Origin: Thermodesulfobacteriota bacterium
GTDB lineage: Bacteria; Desulfobacterota; Desulfovibrionia; Desulfovibrionales; Desulfothermaceae
Length of the DNA: 64,000 bases
Assembly: GCA_051749205.1 (NCBI GenBank)
Contig: JBNJII010000002.1
Coordinates: 30,654-94,653 of the forward strand
Direction of reading: 5' to 3'
In this document: piece after piece, positions 9,494-18,460 of the stretch
How the letters are laid out: every line of letters starts with the position of its first letter
Position numbering within the stretch: the stretch's first letter is position 1
The notes under the pieces: generated by a model
The model's input: the letters and a program-made list of their open reading frames with translations, nothing else
What the model was told of the DNA's origin: nothing
Database searches by the model: none
Position numbers and translations under genes: made by a program

Positions 9494-10906
9494 TCAGATG
9501 CTGGCCCCTTCCTTCCCTAAAGCCCGCTGTATTCGCTCAAGCACACTTTTTTGCCCTAAAACGGCCATGGTCTCAAAGAGTCCCGGGCTGGCCTTCTTCC
9601 CGGTGATGGCCACGCGAATGGGTTGAGCCAGGAGCTTGAACTTTATCCCCGCTTCTTGCAGGTACTCGCCTATCACTCGCTCCAAATCCGTCTGGGTAAA
9701 AGAGTCCAAAGAGCGCAGGCGCTTTTCCAAAGCCTCCAGATGGGGCCTCACCTCCGGGGTGATCACCTTGGTCACCAAATCCGGATCATAGACAATGTCC
9801 TGGTCTTCCTGCACAAAAACAGCTGCCTGATCGGCCATGTCAGCCAGGGTTGTCGACCTGGGTTGCAGCAAAGGGATCACATGCTCCAAATATTGGTCTT
9901 GTGCCCTGGGCAGGCCTTTGCCTTGAAGGTGCTTCTGGAGCAGAGGGACAAGATCAGCTGGCTGACTGTTTTTTATATGCTGGCTGTTCACCCAATCCAG
10001 CTTTTCCGGATTGAAGACACAGGCCGACTTGCCCAGGCTGTTCAGGGTAAAAAGCCTGATCAGCTCCTGCAAAGAAAAGAGCTCCTGATCCCCGTGCGAC
10101 CATCCCAATCTGACCAAGGTGTTCAAAACCGCCTGGGGCAGATACCCCCTTTCCCTGTACTCCAAAACAGACATAGCCCCATGCCGCTTACTCAACTTTT
10201 TCTTATCCGGCCCTAAGATCATGGGCACATGCCCGAACTGAGGCAGCTCAAAGCCCAGGGCACGATACAAAAGGACCTGCTTTGGGGTATTACTCAAATG
10301 ATCATCCCCGCGCAGGATATGGGTCATGCCCATAAGGGCGTCATCGACAACAACGGCCAGATTGTAGGTAGGCATGCCGTCCGCTCGGCGCAGGACAAAA
10401 TCATCGAGCTCCCGGTTGTCCACCAGGTTGTGTCCCTTGACCAGATCCTCAAATCCGGTCTCCCCCTTCAGGGGGGCCTTGAGCCGGACCACCCGTCCGG
10501 GGGCAGGACCCAGACCAAAATCCCGGCACCGACCGTTGTACTTGGGTTTTTCCCCTTTGGCTCTGGCCTCCTCCCGCATGGCTTGCACATCTTCTGCGCT
10601 GCACTGGCAATAATAGGCCAAGCCTGACGACAACAGGCCCTCTATATGATCATTGTAGATATTGAGCCGCTGACTCTGAAAATAGGGGCCTTCATCCCAG
10701 TCCATGCCCAGCCAGCGCATGGCTTCCAGGATGCCCTCGGTCATCTCCTTGGTAGAACGTCCAACATCTGTATCCTCAATGCGCAGGACGAATGTCCCTT
10801 CCTGACTCCGGGCCAACAGCCAATTAAACAGGGCAGTTCTGGCCCCCCCGATATGTAGGTTTCCGGTGGGGCTCGGCGGAAAACGGGTGACGACTTTCTT
10901 GCTCAT
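9494..10906 (-). CDS. gltX: glutamate--tRNA ligase
   Basis: HIGGARTALFNW (HIGH) and KLSKRHG (KMSKS) motifs. I prefer the start at MSKKVV (10906), because the longer ORF start (10927) lies inside the upstream terminator hairpin. Confidence 0.94.
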   Translation of the reverse strand: MSKKVVTRFPPSPTGNLHIGGARTALFNWLLARSQEGTFVLRIEDTDVGRSTKEMTEGILEAMRWLGMDWDEGPYFQSQRLNIYNDHIEGLLSSGLAYYCQCSAEDVQAMREEARAKGEKPKYNGRCRDFGLGPAPGRVVRLKAPLKGETGFEDLVKGHNLVDNRELDDFVLRRADGMPTYNLAVVVDDALMGMTHILRGDDHLSNTPKQVLLYRALGFELPQFGHVPMILGPDKKKLSKRHGAMSVLEYRERGYLPQAVLNTLVRLGWSHGDQELFSLQELIRLFTLNSLGKSACVFNPEKLDWVNSQHIKNSQPADLVPLLQKHLQGKGLPRAQDQYLEHVIPLLQPRSTTLADMADQAAVFVQEDQDIVYDPDLVTKVITPEVRPHLEALEKRLRSLDSFTQTDLERVIGEYLQEAGIKFKLLAQPIRVAITGKKASPGLFETMAVLGQKSVLERIQRALGKEGASI

Positions 10907-10924
10907 GACCACTCCATGAATGCA

Positions 10925-10956
10925 CAAAAAAACAGCCCGTGAACGGGCTGTTTTTG
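10925..10956 (-). terminator. rho-independent terminator after the grx-FTR-nfu operon
   Basis: On the minus strand the sequence reads ACAGCCCG-TTCA-CGGGCTGT followed by a run of 7 T. It lies 26 nt downstream of the nfu stop. Confidence 0.8.
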
Positions 10957-10981
10957 TGTGCGCAAATATTGTTTGCTCTGC

Positions 10982-11218
10982 TTATTTGACAGCTTCCACA
11001 GCCTTGATCTCCGGAAGTTTTTCCTTCATGACCCGTTCAATGCCATTTTTTAAGGTCATCTGGGACATGGGGCATCCGGCGCACGCCCCTTGCAGACGAA
11101 CATGAACAACATTGTCCGGGGTGACCTCCACCAACTCCACATCCCCGCCGTCAGCCTGCAATTGGGGTCGTATGGTGCTGAGTATCGATTCCACTTGCTC
11201 TTTCATGATCTGCTCCAT
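10982..11218 (-). CDS. NifU C-terminal domain (Nfu-type) Fe-S scaffold/carrier protein
   Basis: 78 aa from MEQIMKEQVESIL, with the ...GACAGCPMSQMTL CxxC motif. The first 86 codons of the 164-aa ORF overlap the upstream gene and look non-coding. Confidence 0.85.
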   Translation of the reverse strand: MEQIMKEQVESILSTIRPQLQADGGDVELVEVTPDNVVHVRLQGACAGCPMSQMTLKNGIERVMKEKLPEIKAVEAVK

Positions 11219-11252
11219 ATCTTGGATTCCGTCGTTTCCTCTTCGATTTTCC

Positions 11253-11603
11253 TTACAGCTTCTCCAAGGCGGCCAAAGCCTTTTCCGGAGGCCTGCGTTC
11301 CGGGACATGGACATGGGGGATGCTCCCCTCATTCCATTCCTTGGACACGTACAGGCCGCAGTAACAGCTTCCATACTCCTCAACATCGGGCTTTGCATAG
11401 ACACAGGGACAGATAATATCCTTGTCCAGCTCGTACTCTCCGGCCGCCAGACGGCATGGGCATGCTGTGTAGCCAAAGCGGTCCTTGTTGATCAGTAAGC
11501 TCTCCAGCAGGGGCCACAGCATATCCTGGTCCTGGTTAAAATACAGCCCTCTTTTTTCCTGCAAGGGCTTGAGCTTGGCGTACAGCTCTTCTACCCGGCT
11601 CAT
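11253..11603 (-). CDS. ferredoxin:thioredoxin reductase catalytic-subunit-like protein
   Basis: 116 aa with the CPC...CPC...CYC cysteine pattern (TACPCRL, IICPCVY, GSCYCGLY) characteristic of FTR catalytic chains. Confidence 0.8.
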   Translation of the reverse strand: MSRVEELYAKLKPLQEKRGLYFNQDQDMLWPLLESLLINKDRFGYTACPCRLAAGEYELDKDIICPCVYAKPDVEEYGSCYCGLYVSKEWNEGSIPHVHVPERRPPEKALAALEKL

Positions 11604-11854
11604 AACTGCTCCAGGGCGTCTTGGATCTCGTCCTGCTTAAAGCCGACAATGCACTTGTCTCCTACGAGCAAAGTGGGGAAGGAAAGATTAGGATTATTTT
11701 TCTTGACTTCGTCAATGGCCTGCTGTCTCTCTTCGCCACTGAGGCGGTCCACATATGTGCAATCGTAGTCCACACCTTTCTCATCCAAGAATTTCTTGGC
11801 GTTTTTGCAGTGCACGCAGGTGCTCAAGGCATACAGCTTGATATCTTTGTCCAT
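11600..11854 (-). CDS. glutaredoxin-like small redox protein
   Basis: 84 aa thioredoxin fold with a CVHC active site and SFPTLLVG cis-Pro region. The stop overlaps the start of the FTR-like gene by 4 nt. Confidence 0.85.
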   Translation of the reverse strand: MDKDIKLYALSTCVHCKNAKKFLDEKGVDYDCTYVDRLSGEERQQAIDEVKKNNPNLSFPTLLVGDKCIVGFKQDEIQDALEQL

Positions 11855-11908
11855 AAAATCCTCCTCAAAGTTCTTGGCCGGGTCAGTTCTTTCTCATGTC
11901 CTGGGGTG

Positions 11909-11936
11909 AGTTTAGTGCTTGTAAGGGATTTGTCAA
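11909..11936 (-). promoter_or_regulatory. putative sigma70-type promoter of the grx-FTR-nfu operon
   Basis: The minus strand reads TTGACA-16 nt-TAAACT, about 50 nt upstream of the grx ATG, which has a GAGGAGGA SD. Confidence 0.4.
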
Positions 11937-11965
11937 GGAAGGGCCGCTGCAAGTCATGCGAGGGT

Positions 11966-12616
11966 TTACCGCCTTGAGCTCAACATCTCCATCCTGGCGG
12001 CAACTTCCCGGCGGATTGCCTCACAGACATCCTCTTCCGATCCATGTGCACTGAGGACCCGGATGCGCTCTGTGTCCTGTGCAGCCAGCTCCAGGTACCC
12101 TTCCCGTATCCGGGAGTGAAATTCCAAAGATTCCGCCTCGAATCTGCCCTCGGTTTGGGCAGTTCCCGATCGCCCGTTACGGAGTCTGGCCCGGTCCAGC
12201 CCCATTTCCGGGGGGACATCCAAAACACATGTCAGATCGGGACGCACCTGGTTCACCGCCAGTTCGTTGAGGCTTTGCAGCATGTGCACATCCAGCCCCC
12301 TGCCCTTGCCTTGGTAGACCAGTGTGGAATCGGTAAACCGATCGACCAGAACGGTGATGCCCGCATTCAAAGCCGGTTGAATGACTTCCTGGACATGTTG
12401 GGCTCGATCGGCCAGATACAAGAAGAGTTCAGCCCGGGCGCAGAGATGATTGTTGTTTGCATCCAGAAGCAGGCTGCGCAGAGTGCGCCCTATAGCTGTT
12501 CCCCCCGGCTCACGGGAGAGAAGGACCCGGGTTCCCATATCCTGCAGCCATTGTCGTAACCGGACGGCCTGTGTGCTCTTGCCGCAGCCCTCTATTCCTT
12601 CAAAGGTAATAAACAT
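11966..12616 (-). CDS. tmk: thymidylate kinase
   Basis: MFITFEGIEGCGKSTQ P-loop and DRF..S motif, 216 aa. Confidence 0.94.
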   Translation of the reverse strand: MFITFEGIEGCGKSTQAVRLRQWLQDMGTRVLLSREPGGTAIGRTLRSLLLDANNNHLCARAELFLYLADRAQHVQEVIQPALNAGITVLVDRFTDSTLVYQGKGRGLDVHMLQSLNELAVNQVRPDLTCVLDVPPEMGLDRARLRNGRSGTAQTEGRFEAESLEFHSRIREGYLELAAQDTERIRVLSAHGSEEDVCEAIRREVAARMEMLSSRR

Positions 12617-13629
12617 TGTTTCACGTTCCGTGTTTTAGGCTTGCTCTCTCTAGGATGGAGCTCAAAGGTCTTTTTGGGCTGATAGACCATACGCTCCAAA
12701 GTGTTCTGATAGGACGACCATCCCTGCTCTTTGGAGGTCAATCCAGAGAGGGCCTGATCCAGAGAACCCATTTTGGCGTCCAAATTGTCCATGAAATGCA
12801 GGACAAAGGCCTCTTTTGTCTTCGGTCTCCGGGGTGAGCCATAGGCGTATTCCCCGTGATGGCTCAGCAATAGATGCTTGAGATGGACGACCAGATCCGG
12901 GTCCAGATCCGGGGTCTTTTGGACAAAGGGCATGACCTTATCCAGCCCCAGGGTAATATGCCCGATAAGTCGGCCGGGGTCTGTATAATCCCGACTGATA
13001 CCCCAGTCCAGCTCCCAGGCCTTGCCCACATCGTGGAGCACCGCAGCCACCAGCAGAATTTCCCGGTCCAGATCCGGATACAGCTCGGTCACCGTCAGGC
13101 AAAGCCGGCTCACCTGCAGGGTATGTTCCAACAGCCCTCCCCTATAGGCATGGTGGATATTCTTGGCCCCAGGGGCAAACAACAGACGCTGCCGCATTGT
13201 TGCATCTGCGAACACGTCTTTCATCAGCCTGCGCCATGGTCGATAGTGCAGGTACTCCCTGCACAGGGCTTCCATCTCGGTGAGCATCTCTTCTGGTGGA
13301 CGCGGGCTGCTGGGTATGAAATCGGACCAATCCAGCCCAGCCGCATCTGGGTCCAGGATCTGCAAGTTCTGGATCACCAACTGCGGCTGATCCCGAAAGG
13401 AGCGCACCTGGGCCTGCACCCTGACCATCTGTTCCGGAAAGAGTTCCGGGTAGGCATTGCTCTGAGGAGACCAGATCTTGGCGTTGATCCGACCTGTCTT
13501 GTCCTGGAAAGTAAGATCCCAAAAGGGTCCGTTTTTGGACTGGCTCAGCTTGGCCTGGACAATAACAAAGATGTCATTTACCTGCTGGCCCTCGGTCACA
13601 TCCTGGATATAGACTGTTTTAAAGGACAT
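12592..13629 (-). CDS. OB-fold + HD-domain phosphohydrolase (YhaM 3'-5' exoribonuclease family)
   Basis: 345 aa. An N-terminal OB fold is followed by an HD domain (LLEHTL, AAVLHDVGK, LLSHHG). Confidence 0.8.
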   Translation of the reverse strand: MSFKTVYIQDVTEGQQVNDIFVIVQAKLSQSKNGPFWDLTFQDKTGRINAKIWSPQSNAYPELFPEQMVRVQAQVRSFRDQPQLVIQNLQILDPDAAGLDWSDFIPSSPRPPEEMLTEMEALCREYLHYRPWRRLMKDVFADATMRQRLLFAPGAKNIHHAYRGGLLEHTLQVSRLCLTVTELYPDLDREILLVAAVLHDVGKAWELDWGISRDYTDPGRLIGHITLGLDKVMPFVQKTPDLDPDLVVHLKHLLLSHHGEYAYGSPRRPKTKEAFVLHFMDNLDAKMGSLDQALSGLTSKEQGWSSYQNTLERMVYQPKKTFELHPRESKPKTRNVKQCLLPLKE

Positions 13630-13687
13630 AACAGACTCTGCATTGGGTATTTGTCAATCCCGGGAACTTGGGATATAAGAAAAAGCC

Positions 13688-14461
13688 ATGAACATTTTGC
13701 TCACCAACGACGACGGCATCTGGGCACCGGGCCTGCGGGCCCTGCATCAAGCCTTAACCCAGGCAGGACATCAAGTGACCGTGGTCGCCCCTTTGACCGA
13801 ACAATCTGCTGTCGGCCACGCCGTCACCTTGAGCTCTCCATTGCGGATCAAGAAAGTCAATGACGGTCCATTTCAGGGGTTCGGCGTTTCCGGATCTCCG
13901 GTGGATTGTGTGAAGATAGCCCTGGGCACTGTCTACAACCTGACTCCGGATGTGCTCATCTCCGGGATCAACAATGGGGCCAACGTGGGAGTGGACATCC
14001 TGTATTCCGGAACTGTGGCCGCAGCCACTGAGGCCGCCCTGGTAGGCATACCAGCCCTGGCCGTCTCCGTGGATGTTTTCAATCCCGTAGATCTCTCCCC
14101 CCAGGCCGAATACATCTGCGATTTCATTCACCGGATCGACTGGAAATCACTCCCCGCCAGGCGGGTGCTGAACGTCAACTTTCCCCGGTTCCCTCTGCCG
14201 GAATGCAAAGGACTGCGCCTGTGCCCTCAGACCCAAGCGGTGTACGAGGACTGGTACGAGGAACGTACAGATCCTCGGGGGCGGCGTTACTACTGGCTCT
14301 GCGGAGAGATCTTGCCCCAAAATCTGGAACCAGACACCGACCGCACCCTGCTCACGCAGGGCTACATCACCATGACTCCGTTGACCTTTGACTTTACAGA
14401 CCACGAACTTATCCGTCACCTGTTTGCATCAGGAGTGGAGAATCACAGCCCCAACCTGTAA
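13688..14461 (+). CDS. surE: 5'/3'-nucleotidase SurE
   Basis: MNILLTNDDGIWAPGLRAL N-terminus and GINNGAN, YSGTVAAA motifs. Confidence 0.94.
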   Translation: MNILLTNDDGIWAPGLRALHQALTQAGHQVTVVAPLTEQSAVGHAVTLSSPLRIKKVNDGPFQGFGVSGSPVDCVKIALGTVYNLTPDVLISGINNGANVGVDILYSGTVAAATEAALVGIPALAVSVDVFNPVDLSPQAEYICDFIHRIDWKSLPARRVLNVNFPRFPLPECKGLRLCPQTQAVYEDWYEERTDPRGRRYYWLCGEILPQNLEPDTDRTLLTQGYITMTPLTFDFTDHELIRHLFASGVENHSPNL

Positions 14462-15882
14462 ACAATGTCCTTTGCGGCCAAAGCGACGAAGTCCTCAGTA
14501 CCGAGCCGCGCTTTGTCTTTCTGGCTGAGTACGAACATGGGCTGATTGCGCAGGTGGTCCTTCGGTCGGATCTCGTACTCCGGTGGCAAGGTATCCTGAA
14601 AGTACATCTCCTGAAAACCCATGAACTTCAGGCTGTGAGCGGTGGCATCCAGGATGGCCAGCTCATCCTTGTCCAGAAGGCCCATCTCCTTTGCCCGCAG
14701 CATCCCGGCCAGGCATTCCCCGCCCTGGGTGCAGGCAATATGCCCGTGCTGATTGGCCAAGAGCATGCCTTCTATAATGGCCTCTTCCTCCACCTGGACG
14801 ACATGGAAGCTCCCCAGCCCCCCGATCTTTTCGTAGGCCTTTGCCAGAGCGGCCACCCGGGGAAATGAGACCGGGTTGCCGATCATGGCTGCTTGGGCCA
14901 CACTTGGCGAAACCGTCACCGGCGCATAGGATCGCTCTCCCTCGGGCTGGCTGTAGTAGCGATAGACCGGATCAGCATGGCTGGATTGCACCCCGACAAT
15001 CTTGGGCACATCTAAGATAAGGCCTAAGCGGTGCAGCTTGATGAATCCGGCCATGACTGCGGAGATATTGCCTGCATTGCCTATGGGCACAAACACTGCC
15101 TTGCCCGCAAGGTCCCAATCATATCCCTGGGCCACTTCAAAGGCGTAGGATTCCTGACCCAGTATCCGCCAGCTGTTCTTGGAGTTTAAAAGAGCCACGC
15201 GATAGTTCTCAGCCAGGTACTCCACCACCCGCATACAATCGTCGAAGACACCGGGGAGCTCCAGGACCAAGGCCCCGCTGCCCAGGGGCTGCCCCAGTTG
15301 CTGAGGTGTAACTCGTCCCTGGGGCAAAAGGACCACCGCGGTCACCGGCGGTCCCACATAGGCCGCGTACATGGCCGCAGAAGCCGAGGTATCTCCGGTG
15401 GAGGCACAGACGGTGAGCACCTGCTCCCAGCCGTGCATCCGGATCATGCCCTTGATCGCACTTAAGGCACAGGCCATGCCGCGATCCTTGAAAGATGCGC
15501 TCGGATTCTGACCGTCGTTTTTATAGGCCAGACCTTGGCCGACCAGGGCCTCCAGTCTGGGACTAGCTCGGACGATGGGCGTATTGCCTTCGCCCAACCA
15601 GACCACATCCTCCGGCTCCAGGATGGGGCTTATCAGTTCGTAGAAACGAAAGATACCTTGCAGAGCCGGATGCTTGCTCATAGCCCGAGTATCAAATATC
15701 TGCCGCCACTCTGGTCCTGTCAGTTTCTGGAGCTGTTCAAAGCGGGTATCTTCCAAAAGAAAGACCCCCCGGCAATTGGGGCAGGTATAATGCAGCTCCT
15801 GCCCAGGGTATCTGGCCGCGCACTGCTGGCAGACGTATTCCATGTGGCCGCGGTAGGAGGGAAACTTATCAAACGTATGCAT
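14443..15882 (-). CDS. thrC: threonine synthase (long form with N-terminal zinc ribbon)
   Basis: 479 aa with N-terminal CQQC...CPNC and the PLP lysine motif SFKDRG. Its 3' end overlaps the surE 3' end by 19 nt. Confidence 0.88.
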   Translation of the reverse strand: MHTFDKFPSYRGHMEYVCQQCAARYPGQELHYTCPNCRGVFLLEDTRFEQLQKLTGPEWRQIFDTRAMSKHPALQGIFRFYELISPILEPEDVVWLGEGNTPIVRASPRLEALVGQGLAYKNDGQNPSASFKDRGMACALSAIKGMIRMHGWEQVLTVCASTGDTSASAAMYAAYVGPPVTAVVLLPQGRVTPQQLGQPLGSGALVLELPGVFDDCMRVVEYLAENYRVALLNSKNSWRILGQESYAFEVAQGYDWDLAGKAVFVPIGNAGNISAVMAGFIKLHRLGLILDVPKIVGVQSSHADPVYRYYSQPEGERSYAPVTVSPSVAQAAMIGNPVSFPRVAALAKAYEKIGGLGSFHVVQVEEEAIIEGMLLANQHGHIACTQGGECLAGMLRAKEMGLLDKDELAILDATAHSLKFMGFQEMYFQDTLPPEYEIRPKDHLRNQPMFVLSQKDKARLGTEDFVALAAKDIVYRLGL

Positions 15883-16080
15883 TATACAAGCTCCGGGTTA
15901 TGGATCTGCTGCTTGGTGAAAAAACATCACCCGTATTGAGGGCGGGGGAATGTCTGGAGACTTTTTTCTCCAGCTTTTGTTCTGTGCTCACTCCGACCCC
16001 ATCCCCGATTCCTGCCCCCAGCCCGGCAACTCTTCCGGTAACTCCTACTGACCGCTGACCTCTGGCATCTGACCTCTTCC

Positions 16081-16587
16081 CTATCCCGGCCATACCTTGG
16101 GAATACTCCAGGTGATGATCACCATGCCCAAAGCCGCCTTGGCTACAAAGCCAATAACTTTGCCCAGCATAGCCCCTTTGGAGGCTTGCAGAGCCTGGGA
16201 CCAGTTCCTCCCCCCAAGCAGCTCAAAGGCCAAACTGCCGATAAATGCCCCGGCCAGGGCCCCGAGGATGGACCCGAGCCCGAGAAAAAAAGGGGCCCCC
16301 AGCACAGCTCCAATCAAAGCCCCAATCAAAGCTCCCCAACTGCCCCGGTTGCTGCCGCCGTACCTTTTGGCCCCCAGAACCTGACTGCCGAACTCTATGA
16401 TCTCAGCCACTCCGGCCAGGGCGACCAGACCGATGAAAAACCACCATCCGGCAGGCATGTCCGGCTGCATCCACTTCCAGAGGGCCACAAGGACAATATT
16501 CACCCAGTTTCCCGGGAGACTGAAAAAGTTCGAGGCCCAAGCCACAAACAAAAGGAGCACAAAAAGTCCAGCCAAAATTTCCAGCAC
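16081..16587 (-). CDS. DUF456 family membrane protein
   Basis: 168 aa, Gly/Ala-rich with multiple TM segments, including the GGSNRGSWGALIGALIGAVLG region. Confidence 0.7.
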   Translation of the reverse strand: MLEILAGLFVLLLFVAWASNFFSLPGNWVNIVLVALWKWMQPDMPAGWWFFIGLVALAGVAEIIEFGSQVLGAKRYGGSNRGSWGALIGALIGAVLGAPFFLGLGSILGALAGAFIGSLAFELLGGRNWSQALQASKGAMLGKVIGFVAKAALGMVIITWSIPKVWPG

Positions 16588-16721
16588 GCTATGAACCCCG
16601 CAAAGACCACCTGTATTCCAGTCCAGAAGTGACCAACAACTCGATTCGATTATCTGCCCCTGCCAGTGATCATCTTCTGGCCGTCCTCGACGTTACTATG
16701 ACGGTTTTTTCTGTATGCCTA

Positions 16722-18026
16722 TCATTGTCCGCGCCTATCCACCACCCGTTCGGCCTTGCCCTGGCTTCGGGGCAGGCTGTTGTGCTCCACCAGGTCCACC
16801 TGGGGGGTCACCAGCAGCTCCTCGCGCATGGACCGGGTTATACGCTGGCGCAAGGCCTGTAGAACCCGCATATCCTCCACAAAAGCCTCATCTTTTATTT
16901 CCACCTCAACTCGCATGCGGTCGATGAAATCTTCTTGTTCCAGAATAATCTGGTAGTTCTGGCCTACTTCTTCGATGCCCATGAGCACCTGTTCCACTTG
17001 CATGGGATAGATATTCACCCCTTTGATGATAATCATATCGTCGGCTCGGCCCAGGATACGATCAATGCGCCGATGCGCCCTGCCGCAGGTGCACTTCCCA
17101 GGCAAAAACCTGGTCAAATCCCGGGTACGGTATCGGATCAGGGGCATTGCCTCCCGGGTCAAAGTGGTGATGACCAACTCCCCAACTTCCCCTTCCGGAA
17201 CCGGATCCAGAGTCTGAGGATCCAAAATCTCCACCAGATAGGCATCTTCCCAGATATGCATGCCTTTCTGGGCCGGACACTCAAAGGCCACCCCTGGACC
17301 ATTCATTTCCGACAAACCGTAGGAATTGTAGGCCTTGACCCCATAGACCTCCTCAATACGCCGGCGGATCTCTTCGGTATGCGGCTCAGCACCGATCAAA
17401 GCGATGCGCAGGGGTAAAGAACGGGGATCAATGCCCAACTCGGAAAATACTGAGGCCAGATGCAGGGCATAAGAGGGTATGATGTGCATGGCTGAGACCT
17501 GAAAGTCCCGCAAAAGCTTGATCTGTCGTTTGCTGTTCCCGGCTCCGGCAGGTATGGTCAAACATCCCAGGCGCTCAGCACCGTAATGGATGCCCAGGCC
17601 GCCGGTGAACAGTCCGTATCCGCTGAGATTTTGAAACACGTCTCCCGGCCGCATCCCCACCATATGCATGCATCTGGCCACAAGATCGGCCCATGTATCT
17701 ACATCCTGCCTGGTGTACAGGATGGCTGTGGGGCTTCCGGTGGTTCCGGAGGAGGCGTGCAACCGGATCAAAGAAGATATGGGTTCAGTCAAAAAACCGT
17801 AGGGGTATCCGGCCCGCAGATCATCTTTTGTGGTCACCGGCAGGTCCCGGACCTGCTCCAGATTGGTCAAAGAAGATGGTTTGGATACGCGCGTTTGGTA
17901 GAAAGGGGCCTGGACAGCCTTGTCCCATACGGTTTGCAGGCGTTTAAGCTGCAATGAGGTAAGCTCTTGCCTGGTCAATGTTTCTTCTGGGTGGAATACG
18001 ATTGTGGATTGAGATTGGCTCAACAT
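16722..18026 (-). CDS. paaK: phenylacetate--CoA ligase family adenylate-forming enzyme
   Basis: 434 aa with SSGTTGSPT AMP-binding motif, YGLSE and IIIKGVNIYP motifs. Confidence 0.88.
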   Translation of the reverse strand: MLSQSQSTIVFHPEETLTRQELTSLQLKRLQTVWDKAVQAPFYQTRVSKPSSLTNLEQVRDLPVTTKDDLRAGYPYGFLTEPISSLIRLHASSGTTGSPTAILYTRQDVDTWADLVARCMHMVGMRPGDVFQNLSGYGLFTGGLGIHYGAERLGCLTIPAGAGNSKRQIKLLRDFQVSAMHIIPSYALHLASVFSELGIDPRSLPLRIALIGAEPHTEEIRRRIEEVYGVKAYNSYGLSEMNGPGVAFECPAQKGMHIWEDAYLVEILDPQTLDPVPEGEVGELVITTLTREAMPLIRYRTRDLTRFLPGKCTCGRAHRRIDRILGRADDMIIIKGVNIYPMQVEQVLMGIEEVGQNYQIILEQEDFIDRMRVEVEIKDEAFVEDMRVLQALRQRITRSMREELLVTPQVDLVEHNSLPRSQGKAERVVDRRGQ

Positions 18027-18368
18027 GGAAACTACCTGATTTCGCTTCGGCCCATGCAGACCGAATTCATATGGTTAAGGTATGAACAAAACCTCACTCA
18101 TTCTTGCTGAAACCTCTGTCTTCTGTTTTCTACCCTCCGACCTCTGAACTCTCGCATGAAACAAGATTTACCTGAAGAGGGCCTGCCCTTGGGGGGGAGG
18201 GCGGCCTCCTTACGAGCCGGGCTCTTCCAGTAAGGCGGGCTTGACCCCAAGCCCTGCCCTTTTGATAGAAAAGCTTTCCCCTAGATTGCCCGGTGAGTCT
18301 GATCCCGGTGTATTCGGATGATCCGGGCCGGGCAATGACGGAGGGGGACATCCCTGCGTTTCATTCGT

Positions 18369-18453
18369 GATCAAACTGGCGGCTTCTTGCAAAGAACAGA
18401 TAACTGATAACCAATAACAGGCCGCCAGCGGCGGAGCTGATCTCTGATCTCTG
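18369..18453 (-). repeat. 3'-flank repeat (long version) immediately downstream of dnaB
   Basis: The reverse complement is CAGAGATCAGAGATCAGCTCCGCCGCTGGCGGCC...AGCCGCCAGTTTGATC. Both ends match 36743..36793, and the 8-bp arms CTGGCGGC/GCCGCCAG flank the extra internal segment. Confidence 0.75.
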
Positions 18454-18460
18454 TCTTATC

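Noticed and set aside
10907-10927. Longer gltX start (MCIHGVV...)
   Set aside because: That ATG lies within the A-run/stem of the upstream intrinsic terminator. MSKKVVTRFPPSPTG gives a typical GltX N-terminus.
18130-18392. 73-aa and 60-aa ORFs inside the dnaB-paaK spacer
   Set aside because: They are low-complexity Arg/Pro/Gly-rich translations with no SD, and they overlap repeat modules. They are more likely non-coding.
18027-18460. Known structured RNAs (tRNA, tmRNA, RNase P, SRP RNA, TPP/cobalamin/SAM/glycine riboswitches) in the large spacer
   Set aside because: No T-loop GTTCGAATC-type motif was seen. There was no GAGGAAAGTCC (RNase P) and no GGAAGCAGCC (SRP). The CTGATCC-GG stretch only superficially resembles the TPP element and lacks CTGAGA/ACCC.
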